From the NCBI GenBank assembly GCA_038207085.1, contig JBBRAE010000011.1, positions 20,369 to 84,368 of the forward strand: a stretch of DNA of 64,000 nt. The letters are read 5' to 3'. The notes beneath the pieces are model-generated. The model worked only from the letters and a program-made list of their open reading frames with translations, did no database searches and was not told the origin of the DNA. Source of the DNA: Armatimonadota bacterium (GTDB lineage Bacteria; Armatimonadota; UBA5829; DTLH01). A program made the translations under genes and the position numbers. Numbering within the stretch: position 1 is the first letter of the stretch; the number at the start of each line of letters is the position of its first letter. Below, piece by piece: positions 1 to 11,071 of the stretch.

Positions 1-650
1 ACGTCCACATCTGCTCCAACGAGACGATCGGCGGGATTAGATTCCCCGAGTTCCCCAAGACCGCCGCGCCGCTTATCGCCGATATGTCGAGCGAGATCAT
101 GAGCCGGGCGGTAGACGTGAGCCAGTTCGGGATGATCTACGCGGGTGCTCAGAAGAACATCGGCCCGTCGGGCCTCGCGCTTGTAATCATCCGAAAGGAT
201 CTCGCACTGCGCAGCCCCGAGAGCGTCCCCACGTTCCTCCGATACCCGACGCACACGGCTGAGAAGAGCCTGTACAACACCCCGAACACCTGGGGCATCT
301 ACATCGTCAAGCTCGTGACCGACCGACTGCTCGAACTCGGCGGCATCCCCGCGATGCAGAAGATCAACGAAGACAAGGCCGGGAAACTCTACGGTCTACT
401 TGATTCAAGCGACTTCTGGACCGCCCCAGCCGACAAGGCGAGCCGCTCGATCATGAACGTCGTCTGGAGGCTCCCGAGCGAGGAACTGGAAGAAAAGTTC
501 GTCTCCGAGGCCAAAAAAGCCAACTTCGTAGGCCTGAAGGGCCACCGCTCAGTAGGCGGCATCCGCGCAAGCATCTACAACGCAGTCGGCCCCGACGCCG
601 TAGACGCGCTGGTCAGCTTCATGAAGGGCTTCGAAGCCGCGAACGGCTAA
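1..650 (+). CDS. serC: Phosphoserine aminotransferase, 5'-truncated by window edge
   Basis: Frame open from position 3 (VHICSNETIGG...ADMSS). PLP-lysine motif YAGAQKNIGP and C-terminal GLKGHRSVGGIRASIYNA. Confidence 0.95.
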   Translation, partial: VHICSNETIGGIRFPEFPKTAAPLIADMSSEIMSRAVDVSQFGMIYAGAQKNIGPSGLALVIIRKDLALRSPESVPTFLRYPTHTAEKSLYNTPNTWGIYIVKLVTDRLLELGGIPAMQKINEDKAGKLYGLLDSSDFWTAPADKASRSIMNVVWRLPSEELEEKFVSEAKKANFVGLKGHRSVGGIRASIYNAVGPDAVDALVSFMKGFEAANG

Positions 651-688
651 CGCGATCTCAGATTTGAGATCGCAGATTTCAGATTGAT

Positions 689-725
689 GGTCCCCTCGGG
701 CGATGAGTTCGGGGGGACTGTTTTG
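689..725 (+). terminator. Probable intrinsic terminator after serC
   Basis: GTCCCC...GGGGAC stem followed by TGTTTTG. Confidence 0.5.
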
Positions 726-816
726 CATGTGAGGTGTATGTGGGGTGATCGCTGTGAAGTAAGAGCAGACGAAGTGAAGTGTACCCCGTCTGCCCTTTGT
801 GAAGAAAACTTACGGT

Positions 817-939
817 CTACTTCGCGTCGGTTATAGAGATCGAGCCTTTGCCGGCTTTCTTGTCCTGCTTGTCCCGCCGCTTCTCTTTGATGTCTTTCTT
901 TACTGTCTTGACTTCTTTTTTGGGGGATTTGTCTCCCAT
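817..939 (-). CDS. Small (40 aa) lysine-rich hypothetical protein MGDKSPKKEVKTVKKDIKEKRRDKQDKKAGKGSISITDAK
   Basis: ATG at 939 with strong RBS GGAAGGAG about 10 nt upstream. Downstream hairpin GCAGACG...CGTCTGC at about 765-793. Confidence 0.65.
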   Translation of the reverse strand: MGDKSPKKEVKTVKKDIKEKRRDKQDKKAGKGSISITDAK

Positions 940-1150
940 AGTGACGATACTCCTTCCAGATGGCCGCCCGCGGGCCCACTCACCGAGCGCGCTCAGCGTT
1001 GTTCCAGAAGTCTGTCGCATCGGATGCGTCTGGCTCCTGTTTTGGAGTCATTTCCGACCTGTCGGGCCTGCCGTTTCAGGTGTCCCGCTCAGATTTCGAC
1101 AAAACATTGCCACCGTTACATGTACATACTAGTCTTCTATTGCCCGAACG

Positions 1151-2026
1151 TCAACCCTGTCCGAACCCAGCCTCACCGGCGGCTCGTCCAATCGAGCGGT
1201 TTACCCGTTCCCCTTCGATCACCATCCACCTCACCGCGGCAGTCGCAAGGGAGACCATTGGGTAGAAGCTCTGGAACATATCGACGATCCTTCGAGTGTC
1301 GATTCCAGCGTTTTCGAGACTTATGGGGTAGGGGAGTTCCTGAGCGCTTTCGATCGCGAGCGCAGAAAGCGTCGCCGCTTCGTCGATGAACGTCGGAGAG
1401 TGCATAGCGGGCCGCAGGTCGTTCCATATCCTGCGCAGGAACGTCGGCCACTCGGCGAGCATCAGAAAGTCGTCCGGGATTGCCGGAACGCGCACGGCGT
1501 CCATCACATCGAGGAAAATCTCTTTCGTATCGGCAGGCGCCTGCTCCAACATCACCCGGCTGACGCGGGTAGGGAACTGCGGCTCGGTTTTTGTTATTTC
1601 CTTGGGCCTCGATCTAACAATTTTGGGGTTGCTGATGTTGTGCAGGCTGACGTACATCGCCGCGTTCGCGAGAAGCAGTTTGGAGTTGACGAAATGAAGC
1701 ATCTCAAGCGCGTAACGGATATGGCGCACGTCCTCACGGCTGAAATTGTGCTCCCCGAGCCACGCGAAGACATCATCGAACTCTAGCGTAGTCTCAACAG
1801 CCCCCTCGCTGTTCCTCCGCAGTTGTCCGGCAAGGTCGGAGAACGCCTGGGTCTCGATGTTCCTTCTGATCTGCGGCCAGACGGCTTCAAGAACACCCTC
1901 CCGTGTTGCCAATGACCTAAACACCATCCCAACAAACGGGACCGCAAGTGTACGCTCGATGTTTGTGTAAATGTCTTTAGTCGCGCCGTGCGCGTGTGAC
2001 TCCTCGATAGTAGCTATGACACGCAT
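1151..2026 (-). CDS. DehI-family (group I haloacid dehalogenase-like) protein
   Basis: Two internally repeated halves (IEESHA..TKDIY..I...LAVP / LEQAP..TKEIF..V...VRVP) with VNSKL and PDDF.MLAEWP motifs typical of the DehI family. Confidence 0.65.
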   Translation of the reverse strand: MRVIATIEESHAHGATKDIYTNIERTLAVPFVGMVFRSLATREGVLEAVWPQIRRNIETQAFSDLAGQLRRNSEGAVETTLEFDDVFAWLGEHNFSREDVRHIRYALEMLHFVNSKLLLANAAMYVSLHNISNPKIVRSRPKEITKTEPQFPTRVSRVMLEQAPADTKEIFLDVMDAVRVPAIPDDFLMLAEWPTFLRRIWNDLRPAMHSPTFIDEAATLSALAIESAQELPYPISLENAGIDTRRIVDMFQSFYPMVSLATAAVRWMVIEGERVNRSIGRAAGEAGFGQG

Positions 2027-2142
2027 TTCGTGCCCCCATTCCAGTGATTTACCGATGGCTATGTTCCCGCCTACCAGCCACTCTAATCACCAAATCCGGC
2101 ACGAAGTTACTAGCTCAAGTGCTATTTATTCACAAATGTACG

Positions 2143-2177
2143 AAAAAAAAGGACGGTCCCTCGATTGGAACCGTCCC
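2143..2177 (-). terminator. Intrinsic terminator of groESL
   Basis: GGACGGT...ACCGTCC stem followed by T8 on the minus strand. Confidence 0.85.
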
Positions 2178-2209
2178 TTCTCTTATATAAACGAGCTATT
2201 CGCTCGAGA

Positions 2210-3841
<1,632 letters not shown>

Positions 3842-3859
3842 TCAACCCTCCTCGCAAGT

Positions 3860-4147
3860 TTATTCTTTGATTGCGAAAATGGAGTCCTGATCGAGGATAA
3901 TATAATCCTCACCAGCGACAGAGATCTCGGTCCCGCCGTATTTGGCGAAGATGACCGTGTCTCCTTCTTTGACGTTCATCGGAGCTCGTGAGCCGTCCTC
4001 AAGCACTCTGCCTGGTCCGACAGCGACGACGACGCCTTCCTGCGGCTTTTTCTTCGCGGTATCCGGAAGAATAATCCCGCCCGGGCTCTTGGCCTCTTCC
4101 TCGGTCGCCTTCAGGACGACCTTGTCACCTAGGGGTCTGATAGCCAT
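3860..4147 (-). CDS. groS: Co-chaperonin GroES
   Basis: IRPLGDKV...[16 protein letters not shown]...KYGGTE; 95 aa; directly upstream of groEL. Confidence 0.99.
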   Translation of the reverse strand: MAIRPLGDKVVLKATEEEAKSPGGIILPDTAKKKPQEGVVVAVGPGRVLEDGSRAPMNVKEGDTVIFAKYGGTEISVAGEDYIILDQDSIFAIKE

Positions 4148-4211
4148 TGTCTAATCCACCTCCAGTATTTGATATGAATAGCGGTGGTGCAAGCACCACA
4201 ATTACTCTAGT

Positions 4212-4238
4212 TTAGCACTCAACGGGTTCGAGTGCTAA
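4212..4238. promoter_or_regulatory. CIRCE operator (HrcA binding site)
   Basis: Perfect TTAGCACTC-N9-GAGTGCTAA upstream of groES. Confidence 0.97.
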
Positions 4239-4241
4239 CGC

Positions 4242-4271
4242 ATTTTAGAATACAGGGGGTATGGTTGTCAA
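4242..4271 (-). promoter_or_regulatory. Sigma70-type promoter of groESL
   Basis: Minus-strand TTGACA (4271-4266), 18-nt spacer, TAAAAT (4247-4242), immediately upstream of the CIRCE. Confidence 0.7.
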
Positions 4272-4307
4272 GAGTTTGGGGAGGAATAAGTTGATCGCGT
4301 AAGTTCG

Positions 4308-4435
4308 TCCGGGGAATCCGTCCCCGGATGCCATTTAGGGGAATCTTTCTCCCCACTTACTTGCCGAGTATAGTCGATCATTGGGTTGGTGGACGGAATC
4401 CGCGAAACAGGGTTGGGGGACGGATTCCCCCGACC
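4308..4435. repeat. Cluster of short REP-like GC hairpins (GGGGAATCCGTCCCC family)
   Basis: TCCGGGGAATCCGTCCCCGGA at 4308, a variant at about 4336, and an inverted copy GGTTGGGGGACGGATTCCCCCGACC at 4411-4435. Confidence 0.55.
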
Positions 4436-4450
4436 AACATACGTCATTCC

Positions 4451-5713
4451 CTACGATCGAGCCGCAATAACCTTCTCGCCGTAATCCGAGACTACTTTCA
4501 TCCAATCGGTCCCAACCGGCACACCGGCTTTGTAGAGGAAATAGTTCCAAACATCCCCCGACGGCATCGATTTCAGTTCCTCGAACATGGCAAGGCGCTC
4601 AAACAACCTGCCGGAGTCTTCGTAGCCTCGAAGTGTGTCCGTCGGCTCAAGGAGTGCCAGGAGAATCGCGCGCTGTGCGGCACGGGAGCCCGTCACCCAC
4701 GCGCCGACCCGGTTCAGGGTCGCATCGAAGTAGTCGAGGGCTATGTGGACCCTGTCAAGGCCCGCGCGGACGACTTCACGGGCGAGGCTGTATAGCTCGT
4801 CGCTTCCGATCACCACGTGGTCGCTGTCCCAACGCACGCCCCGGCTCACATGCAGGAGCACCTCCTCGGCGAAAAGCAGGATCGAGCTGATCTTGTCGGC
4901 CACGGACTCGGTCGGGTGGAAGTGGCCCATATCCAGGCAGACCATCAGATCGTTCTTCAGCGCATATCCCATATAGAACTCGTGCGAGCCTACGACGAAG
5001 CTTTCACTGCCGATACCGAAGAGCTTGCACTCGACTGCGTCTGCGAGTGTGTCGCCGACCTTCTCCGAATAGATCGCATCAAGGCTTGCGCGAAGCCGCT
5101 CGCGGGGGGCGTAGCGGTCGGCTGGGAAGTCTTTGGAGCCGTCGGGGATCCACAGGTTATGGATACAGGTCTGGCCGAGCTCCTTGCCCATATACGCGCC
5201 GACTGCGCGTGCCCGCTTGCAGTGTTCGATCCAGAACTCTCGCACGGAGCCGTCGGCGCTGCTCAGGGTGAACCCGTCGTTTGCGAGCTGGTGCGAGAAG
5301 AGCGTCGCGTTGAAGTCGAGGGCGATACCCTGAGTCCTGGCCCAGTCGATCCAGCCCTGGTAGTGCTCCGGCGCGATCTCATTTCGGTCTACCTTCTTGC
5401 CGCCGAACTCTCCGTATATCGCGTGAAGGTTGAGGCGATGCTTGCCGGGGATCATCGCGTAGGCCATGTCGAGGTCGGCGCGAAGCTCGTCTGCGCTTCT
5501 GGCTTTGCCCGGATAGTTCCCTGTCACCTGTATGCCGCCGCCGGAAAGCTCGGAATCAGGCGTCTCAAACCCGCCTACATCGTCGCCCTGCCAGCAGTGA
5601 AGCGAAAGCGCGACCCGTGAAAGCTGCTCTATCGCCCGGTCTGTATCTATGCCGATCTCGGCGTAACGCTCTTTGGCTGTGAGATATGAGTTCTCAAGTC
5701 TCTTTGTGATCAT
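4451..5713 (-). CDS. rhaA: L-rhamnose isomerase
   Basis: SLHCWQGDDV, NLHAIY, WIPDGSKD, KLFGIGSES, GHFHPTE, HVSRGVRWDSDHV and DYFDA motifs. Confidence 0.97.
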   Translation of the reverse strand: MITKRLENSYLTAKERYAEIGIDTDRAIEQLSRVALSLHCWQGDDVGGFETPDSELSGGGIQVTGNYPGKARSADELRADLDMAYAMIPGKHRLNLHAIYGEFGGKKVDRNEIAPEHYQGWIDWARTQGIALDFNATLFSHQLANDGFTLSSADGSVREFWIEHCKRARAVGAYMGKELGQTCIHNLWIPDGSKDFPADRYAPRERLRASLDAIYSEKVGDTLADAVECKLFGIGSESFVVGSHEFYMGYALKNDLMVCLDMGHFHPTESVADKISSILLFAEEVLLHVSRGVRWDSDHVVIGSDELYSLAREVVRAGLDRVHIALDYFDATLNRVGAWVTGSRAAQRAILLALLEPTDTLRGYEDSGRLFERLAMFEELKSMPSGDVWNYFLYKAGVPVGTDWMKVVSDYGEKVIAARS

Positions 5714-5864
5714 AGGTCTCCCTTGATAAGACAGTATGCTACTAAGCTACTTTGACTCGGCGCTCTCTGTTTCCTTCAATGCGCTTCGAATATTGCGATG
5801 TCATCTGGATTACAAGTTGGTTAAATATTGATGTAACCAGCTCTGCCATATTGACGTCAGTATA

Positions 5865-5886
5865 ATAGTTAATGCACATTAAGTAT
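5865..5886. promoter_or_regulatory. Palindromic operator candidate (MarR-type) upstream of the efflux operon
   Basis: ATAGTTAATG-CA-CATTAAGTAT inverted repeat (1 mismatch) in an AT-rich promoter region. Confidence 0.55.
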
Positions 5887-5912
5887 ATTGATAAACTGCT
5901 CAGAGGTTGTAT

Positions 5913-7472
5913 ATGAAACGTTGGTTAGCTCTGTTGATTCCGGTGTTGGTGCTCGGGTCTTTGATCGCGTGGCGGCTTGGTGAGAAGCGAGATGCGCTTG
6001 CCCAAGAGAACCAGGTGCGAATGGCTCGATCCAAGAGCCCTGCGGTCGTCGCGGTCGCTCCTGCGGAGGTTCGCGATATCGTGAGCGTATATGAGGCGTC
6101 GGGAAGCGTGGAAGCGCCGATGAGCGTCAACATCGCCCCCAAGATTACTGGCCGAATAGCCTACTTGGAAGCGCGCGAAGGTGACAAGGTAAGAAAAGGC
6201 GAAGTCCTGGCACGGATCGACGCCTCCGAGGTCGAAGCCGGGGTCCAGCAGCAGATGGCGAACGTTGCCGAGGCCAAATACAGACTCGCTCAGGCACAGA
6301 TCAACCAGAACCCGACCGATGTCGGCATATCAAGCGGCATACGCCAGCAGTCGGCGGCTCTTGGGAGCGCAAAAGCCGACTATTCTCAGGTTGAGCAGAA
6401 CTACAAGTCCGAAGTAGCCGCCTCCGAGGCGTCACTTTCAGACACAAACTCCAAGGTCGCTGGCGCAAAAGCCTCTTTTGCAAGCGCGCAGGCCAACCTG
6501 GACAACGCGAAAATCAAATACAACCGGATTCACGAGCTTTACACTCAGGGCTATATCGCCGCACAGGACGTTGACGACGCCAAAGCCGCGCTTTCCGTGC
6601 AGCAGTCGGGTGTGCTCGCGGCACAGGCGCAGATCGATTCGGCGATCGCTCTGAAATCGGCTGCAAGCGAGCGGCTCAGCATCACCAAAACCAAAGGTAA
6701 AGCCGATATCGAGTCGGCCAAGGCGAAAGTCGCCCAAGTTGCAGCATCGCTCGACAGCGCGAACGCGAACACGGGCCAGAAGGCGGCGTACAGGCAGAGT
6801 ATCGAGGCACTGAAGGCCTCCGTAGCCGCAGCCGAAGCCGGTCTCGCGAGCGCAAAGGCCAAACGTGCCGACACCGTGCTCGTCTCTCCTCTTGACGGGT
6901 TTGTCACGGGGCGGCACTCCGACCCCGGAGCGATAGCATCCCCGACGCAGCCCGTGCTCTCCGTTCAGTTTATCAACCAAGTTTGGGTGACGATCTCCGT
7001 GCCGCAGGACGTGTGCGCGAAGATTCACATCGGCCAGCCCGCACGGATCACCTTCGATTCGTCACCGGGCAAGGTATTCTCTGCAAGTATCGTCCAGATC
7101 AACCCCTCGGCGAACGCCGAAAGCCGGCAGTTCACGGTGCGGGTGATTATGGAGAACCACGGCAGCCTTTTGAAGCCAGGGATGTTTGCCAGGGTCAGCC
7201 TTGAGACAGATCGCGTCGAACATGCGATAGCGGTGCCACGCGAAGCAGTTCAGCACGGCAAGCAGGGCTCATTCGTCGTCTTGGTCGGCAGTGATAAGAA
7301 GGCAAAACGCGTTCCTGTTGCGACGGGTGCTGAGGACGATACCTACGTCGCCCTGCTCTCTGGTGCCCGTGCCGGAGACAAGGTTGTCACTATGTCGGCG
7401 TTTCCTGTGAAGGACGGTCAGGCGGTTGCCGCAGGCGGCGGTCGCCCTCGCGGCGGAAAGCGCGGGAAATGA
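5913..7472 (+). CDS. RND efflux periplasmic adaptor (MFP) with long coiled-coil
   Basis: N-terminal TM; lipoyl halves (GDKVRKGEVLARID, SPLDGFV); long Ala/Gln-rich hairpin; LKPGMF. Start chosen at ATG 5913 (GAGG RBS). Confidence 0.92.
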   Translation: MKRWLALLIPVLVLGSLIAWRLGEKRDALAQENQVRMARSKSPAVVAVAPAEVRDIVSVYEASGSVEAPMSVNIAPKITGRIAYLEAREGDKVRKGEVLARIDASEVEAGVQQQMANVAEAKYRLAQAQINQNPTDVGISSGIRQQSAALGSAKADYSQVEQNYKSEVAASEASLSDTNSKVAGAKASFASAQANLDNAKIKYNRIHELYTQGYIAAQDVDDAKAALSVQQSGVLAAQAQIDSAIALKSAASERLSITKTKGKADIESAKAKVAQVAASLDSANANTGQKAAYRQSIEALKASVAAAEAGLASAKAKRADTVLVSPLDGFVTGRHSDPGAIASPTQPVLSVQFINQVWVTISVPQDVCAKIHIGQPARITFDSSPGKVFSASIVQINPSANAESRQFTVRVIMENHGSLLKPGMFARVSLETDRVEHAIAVPREAVQHGKQGSFVVLVGSDKKAKRVPVATGAEDDTYVALLSGARAGDKVVTMSAFPVKDGQAVAAGGGRPRGGKRGK

Positions 7473-7473
7473 T

Positions 7474-10400
7474 ATGAGTATTGCAAGTTTCGCTGTAACC
7501 CGTCCCGTTGCCGTCACGATGCGGATCGCCGCACTGGTGCTTCTCGGCACGGTATGCTTCTTCAGGCTGCCGGTCGACCTGCTGCCTGATGTGACGTTTC
7601 CGACGATCTCTGTCACGACCCAGTGGCCCAACGTTGCCCCTGAGGAGATCGAGGCGCAGGTAACAAGACCGATCGAGCGCGCCGTCTCGCAGTCGCCGAA
7701 CATGTATCAGGTGAGCTCGAGCAGCACGGAAGGAAATTCGACCGTTCGTATACAGTTCCGTTGGGGCACCGACATCGGTCGCGCCGCTGTCGACGTGCTG
7801 CAGCTCGTAGAGCGCGCCCGCAGGAGCTTTCCATCAGATCCGACGCTTCAGACGCCGATCGTCACCAAGATGGATCCAAACCAGATGCCGATCCTCGTCT
7901 TCGGCGTGTCCGGTATCGACGACCCGGTGAAGCTTCGGACGCTTCTTGATAACCAGGTCAGCCCCATCATCGACTCGGCCAACGGTGTCGCGTCGGCTAC
8001 GATCACCGGAGGTCAGCAGAGGGCAATCATTGTCGATGTGGACCCTATGAAGCTTCAGTCCCACAGGCTCTCTCTTCGGGACGTGACGACCAGAATCGCC
8101 CAGGAGAACATGAACCTCCCCGCAGGCATCGGCAAGCAGGGGAAGACCGAGTATATCATCCGTAGTCTTGGCTGGTTCACCGACCCTGACGAGATCAGGC
8201 GGATTCCACTGGGTTCGTTTGACGGCCAGCTCGTCTCGCTTGGTGATGTAGCCACAGTGCGCGACGCAAGCGACGAGCCCCGCATATTTGCTCGAATGAA
8301 CGGCAAACCGGCTGTCAGCCTGATGATCACCAAGCAGAGCGGAGTAAACACCGTAGCGACCGCCAAAGCCGTCTTCGAGAAGATCGAGACAGTGAAGAAG
8401 CTTTATCCCCAGCTTAAGTTTGGTCTCGCGTTCAACCAGAGCCAGTTTATCGAGAACTCCGTCAAGAACGTCCGTGATGCGGCGATCATCGGCGGCATAC
8501 TCGCCATTTTGATCCTGCTTTTCTTCCTGCGAAATATCAGGAGCACGCTCGTCGTCGCGCTTTCGATCCCGGTTTCGATCATATCCACCTTTGCGCTGAT
8601 GTATATGTGCGGATTTACGATCAACACGATGTCGCTCGGTGGCCTTGCGCTTGCGACGGGACTTATCGTCGACGACGCTGTAGTCGTTCTGGAGAACATC
8701 TTCCGGCACATCGAGCGCGACAAGAAGAGCGCCCGCGAGGCCGCGATCTCAGGCACAAACGAGATTCTCTCAGCCGTCGTCGCATCGACATGGACAGTAA
8801 TGGTCGTCTTCCTGCCGCTGCTTCTCATCAAGGGGCAGTCGGGCCAGATGTTTACGCAGTTTGCGCTCGTAGTGATCTTCTCGCTTGCGGTGTCGCTGCT
8901 TGACGCAACGACGGTCGTTCCGATGCTTGCCACGAGGCTTATCTCTGGTGAAGCGCACGCCGAAAACCTCGCAAGCGCCGCATCTCACCCCAATGTCTTG
9001 ATGAGGATCTTTCACCGTTTCGGTGAGTGGCTTGATGCGCTTGACTCGGTCTATCGCAAAGGCCTGCAGTGGGCCATCCATCGTCGTCTGCTTACCCTCG
9101 GTATCGCAGGCGCTATCACCGCGGGAAGCTTCGTCCTTGTTCCGTTCATCGGAAGCGAGCTAATGCCGATGTCTGACAGCGGTGACTTCAATATAAGCAT
9201 CAAAATGCCTGTTGGGACCGCTCTGTCCGAGACAGACAAGGCGATGCGCCGAATCGAGGGGATTCTCGCGAAGAACCCCAATATCGAGACTGCCCTTGCT
9301 ACGATTGGCTCAGGGGGCAGGGGTGGCAGCTCACCCAGGCCTTATCAAGGTTCGTTTACGGTGAAGCTCAAGAAAGACTGCAAGGTGCCGACCGTTGACG
9401 TGATCGCCTCGCTTCGAAAGGACCTCAAGCGTCTTCCCGGAGCAAATGCACGGCCAAGCCAGAACGACATCGTCTCCCGGGTCATGTCCGGTGGCGACCA
9501 GAACATAGAGATCGACATATTCGGCGAGGATCTCGCGACTCTTTCCTCTCTTGGCAAGGAAGTGACCGGGCGCGTTCGTGCGATTCCGGGCCTCGAAAAC
9601 GTCGATGTGAACTGGCAGGAGGCTATGCCTGAGATCCAGTGGAAAGTAGACCGTGACAAAGCCCAGCAGCTGGGCCTCAGCTTCTCGGACATCGCAGGGA
9701 CGATCAACACCGCGACCAACGGCTCAATCGCGAGCTATTATCAAGAAAAGGGCTTCCAATACCCAATCATCGTCGAGGTGCCTGCATCTTATCGAAAGAC
9801 CGTCTCCGAGATGAGCGACCTGCCCATCGCCGGTAGCAAAACGGGTGGCTTGTCCCAGCAGATAGTGCTGAGTCAGGTCGCGACGCCTTCCTACGGGCTT
9901 GGCCCAAGTGAGATCACACGCCTCGACCGCCAGCGCTACATCGCCGTGACCGGTGTTCCTCAGGGGAGGTCCGCCGGTGAGGTGCAGGCCGATGTCGCTG
10001 CGGCGATCAAGGACCTAAGTCTTCCGCCGGGATACTACTGGGACTGGGGAACGAACCAGAAGCGTCGCGCTGACGAGTTTGGCGGGATGGGCCTTGCGGT
10101 GATCCTCGCGATCGGCCTCATCTATATGCTGCTCGCGTCTCAGTTCGAGAGCTTCATACACCCGCTGACGATTCTGCTGTCGGTGCCGCTTGTGGGTTCG
10201 GGTGTGATACTCGCGCTGTTTTTGTCTGACCGCTCGTTCGGCCTTACAGCGTTTGTAGGGCTTTTGATGCTGGTAGGTATCGTCGTCAAGAACGGAATTT
10301 TGCTCGTTGACTACACAAACACGCTTCGGGCTCGAGGAATGAAGCGTGAAGATGCGCTCCTTACTGCCGGACCAACCCGGCTTCGCCCGATCCTGATGAC

Positions 10401-10602
10401 GGCTTGCGCCGCGGTGCTTGGTATGCTCCCGCTCGCGCTTGGGCTGGGCGACGGCTCCGAGGTTCAGGCGCCGATGGCAACGGTTGTGATCGGGGGGCTT
10501 CTCACCTCGACCATCCTGACGCTGTTCGTCGTGCCCGCAGTCTACTCGCTCCTTGATGACGCGGCTCTTATGTGCAGGCGCAAGGAGAAGGCTAGTGAGT
10601 GA
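7474..10602 (+). CDS. RND efflux permease (AcrB/AcrD/AcrF family)
   Basis: GLIVDDAVVVLENI, VKNGILLVD and RLRPILMT motifs; start MSIASF at 7474. Confidence 0.95.
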   Translation: MSIASFAVTRPVAVTMRIAALVLLGTVCFFRLPVDLLPDVTFPTISVTTQWPNVAPEEIEAQVTRPIERAVSQSPNMYQVSSSSTEGNSTVRIQFRWGTDIGRAAVDVLQLVERARRSFPSDPTLQTPIVTKMDPNQMPILVFGVSGIDDPVKLRTLLDNQVSPIIDSANGVASATITGGQQRAIIVDVDPMKLQSHRLSLRDVTTRIAQENMNLPAGIGKQGKTEYIIRSLGWFTDPDEIRRIPLGSFDGQLVSLGDVATVRDASDEPRIFARMNGKPAVSLMITKQSGVNTVATAKAVFEKIETVKKLYPQLKFGLAFNQSQFIENSVKNVRDAAIIGGILAILILLFFLRNIRSTLVVALSIPVSIISTFALMYMCGFTINTMSLGGLALATGLIVDDAVVVLENIFRHIERDKKSAREAAISGTNEILSAVVASTWTVMVVFLPLLLIKGQSGQMFTQFALVVIFSLAVSLLDATTVVPMLATRLISGEAHAENLASAASHPNVLMRIFHRFGEWLDALDSVYRKGLQWAIHRRLLTLGIAGAITAGSFVLVPFIGSELMPMSDSGDFNISIKMPVGTALSETDKAMRRIEGILAKNPNIETALATIGSGGRGGSSPRPYQGSFTVKLKKDCKVPTVDVIASLRKDLKRLPGANARPSQNDIVSRVMSGGDQNIEIDIFGEDLATLSSLGKEVTGRVRAIPGLENVDVNWQEAMPEIQWKVDRDKAQQLGLSFSDIAGTINTATNGSIASYYQEKGFQYPIIVEVPASYRKTVSEMSDLPIAGSKTGGLSQQIVLSQVATPSYGLGPSEITRLDRQRYIAVTGVPQGRSAGEVQADVAAAIKDLSLPPGYYWDWGTNQKRRADEFGGMGLAVILAIGLIYMLLASQFESFIHPLTILLSVPLVGSGVILALFLSDRSFGLTAFVGLLMLVGIVVKNGILLVDYTNTLRARGMKREDALLTAGPTRLRPILMTACAAVLGMLPLALGLGDGSEVQAPMATVVIGGLLTSTILTLFVVPAVYSLLDDAALMCRRKEKASE

Positions 10603-11071
10603 TCTGACACGAGAACAGGCAATGAAGTTCGTCGACACTATGCCCAGGGTAATGCGCCGCCTGTTCGCGCTCGACACGAACGACCCGGCATCTGAGCTTC
10701 CGATAGGTCAGCTCAAGCTCTGCATCGTGCTTCGTGACGGCTCACGCACGACGTCTGAGGTGAGCCAGGAACTCGGCATTTCGCTGAGCGCCGCAACGCA
10801 ACTCGCCGACAGGCTAGAGCGAACGGGGCTGATCGAGCGAGCCTGCGAAGCAGAGGACAAACGAGTGAAACTCCTCAGGCTTTCACCCTTGGGAGAGCGA
10901 GTCATGAGAGAGCGGCGCGAGAATAGGGCCGCAAGGGTGGAACAGGCGATTTTGAACATCTCCCCTGAAGCCCGGTCGGCTCTTATGACCGCGCTTGATA
11001 TTCTTAGTGAGGCGACCGATTCCATCGCGCCTTCAGAGAACACTTTGAAGTTAGTTGGTGAAGAGATTTGA
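10595..11071 (+). CDS. MarR-family transcriptional regulator
   Basis: wHTH (SEVSQELGISLSAATQLADRLE..GLIER..EDKRVK). GTG start at 10595 after AAGGAG. Confidence 0.9.
   Translation: MSDLTREQAMKFVDTMPRVMRRLFALDTNDPASELPIGQLKLCIVLRDGSRTTSEVSQELGISLSAATQLADRLERTGLIERACEAEDKRVKLLRLSPLGERVMRERRENRAARVEQAILNISPEARSALMTALDILSEATDSIAPSENTLKLVGEEI

Noticed and set aside
655..686. Degenerate heptamer tandem ATCTCAG-ATTTGAG-ATCGCAG-ATTTCAG after serC
   Set aside because: Only 4 imperfect units forming a small hairpin; too short to support a function.
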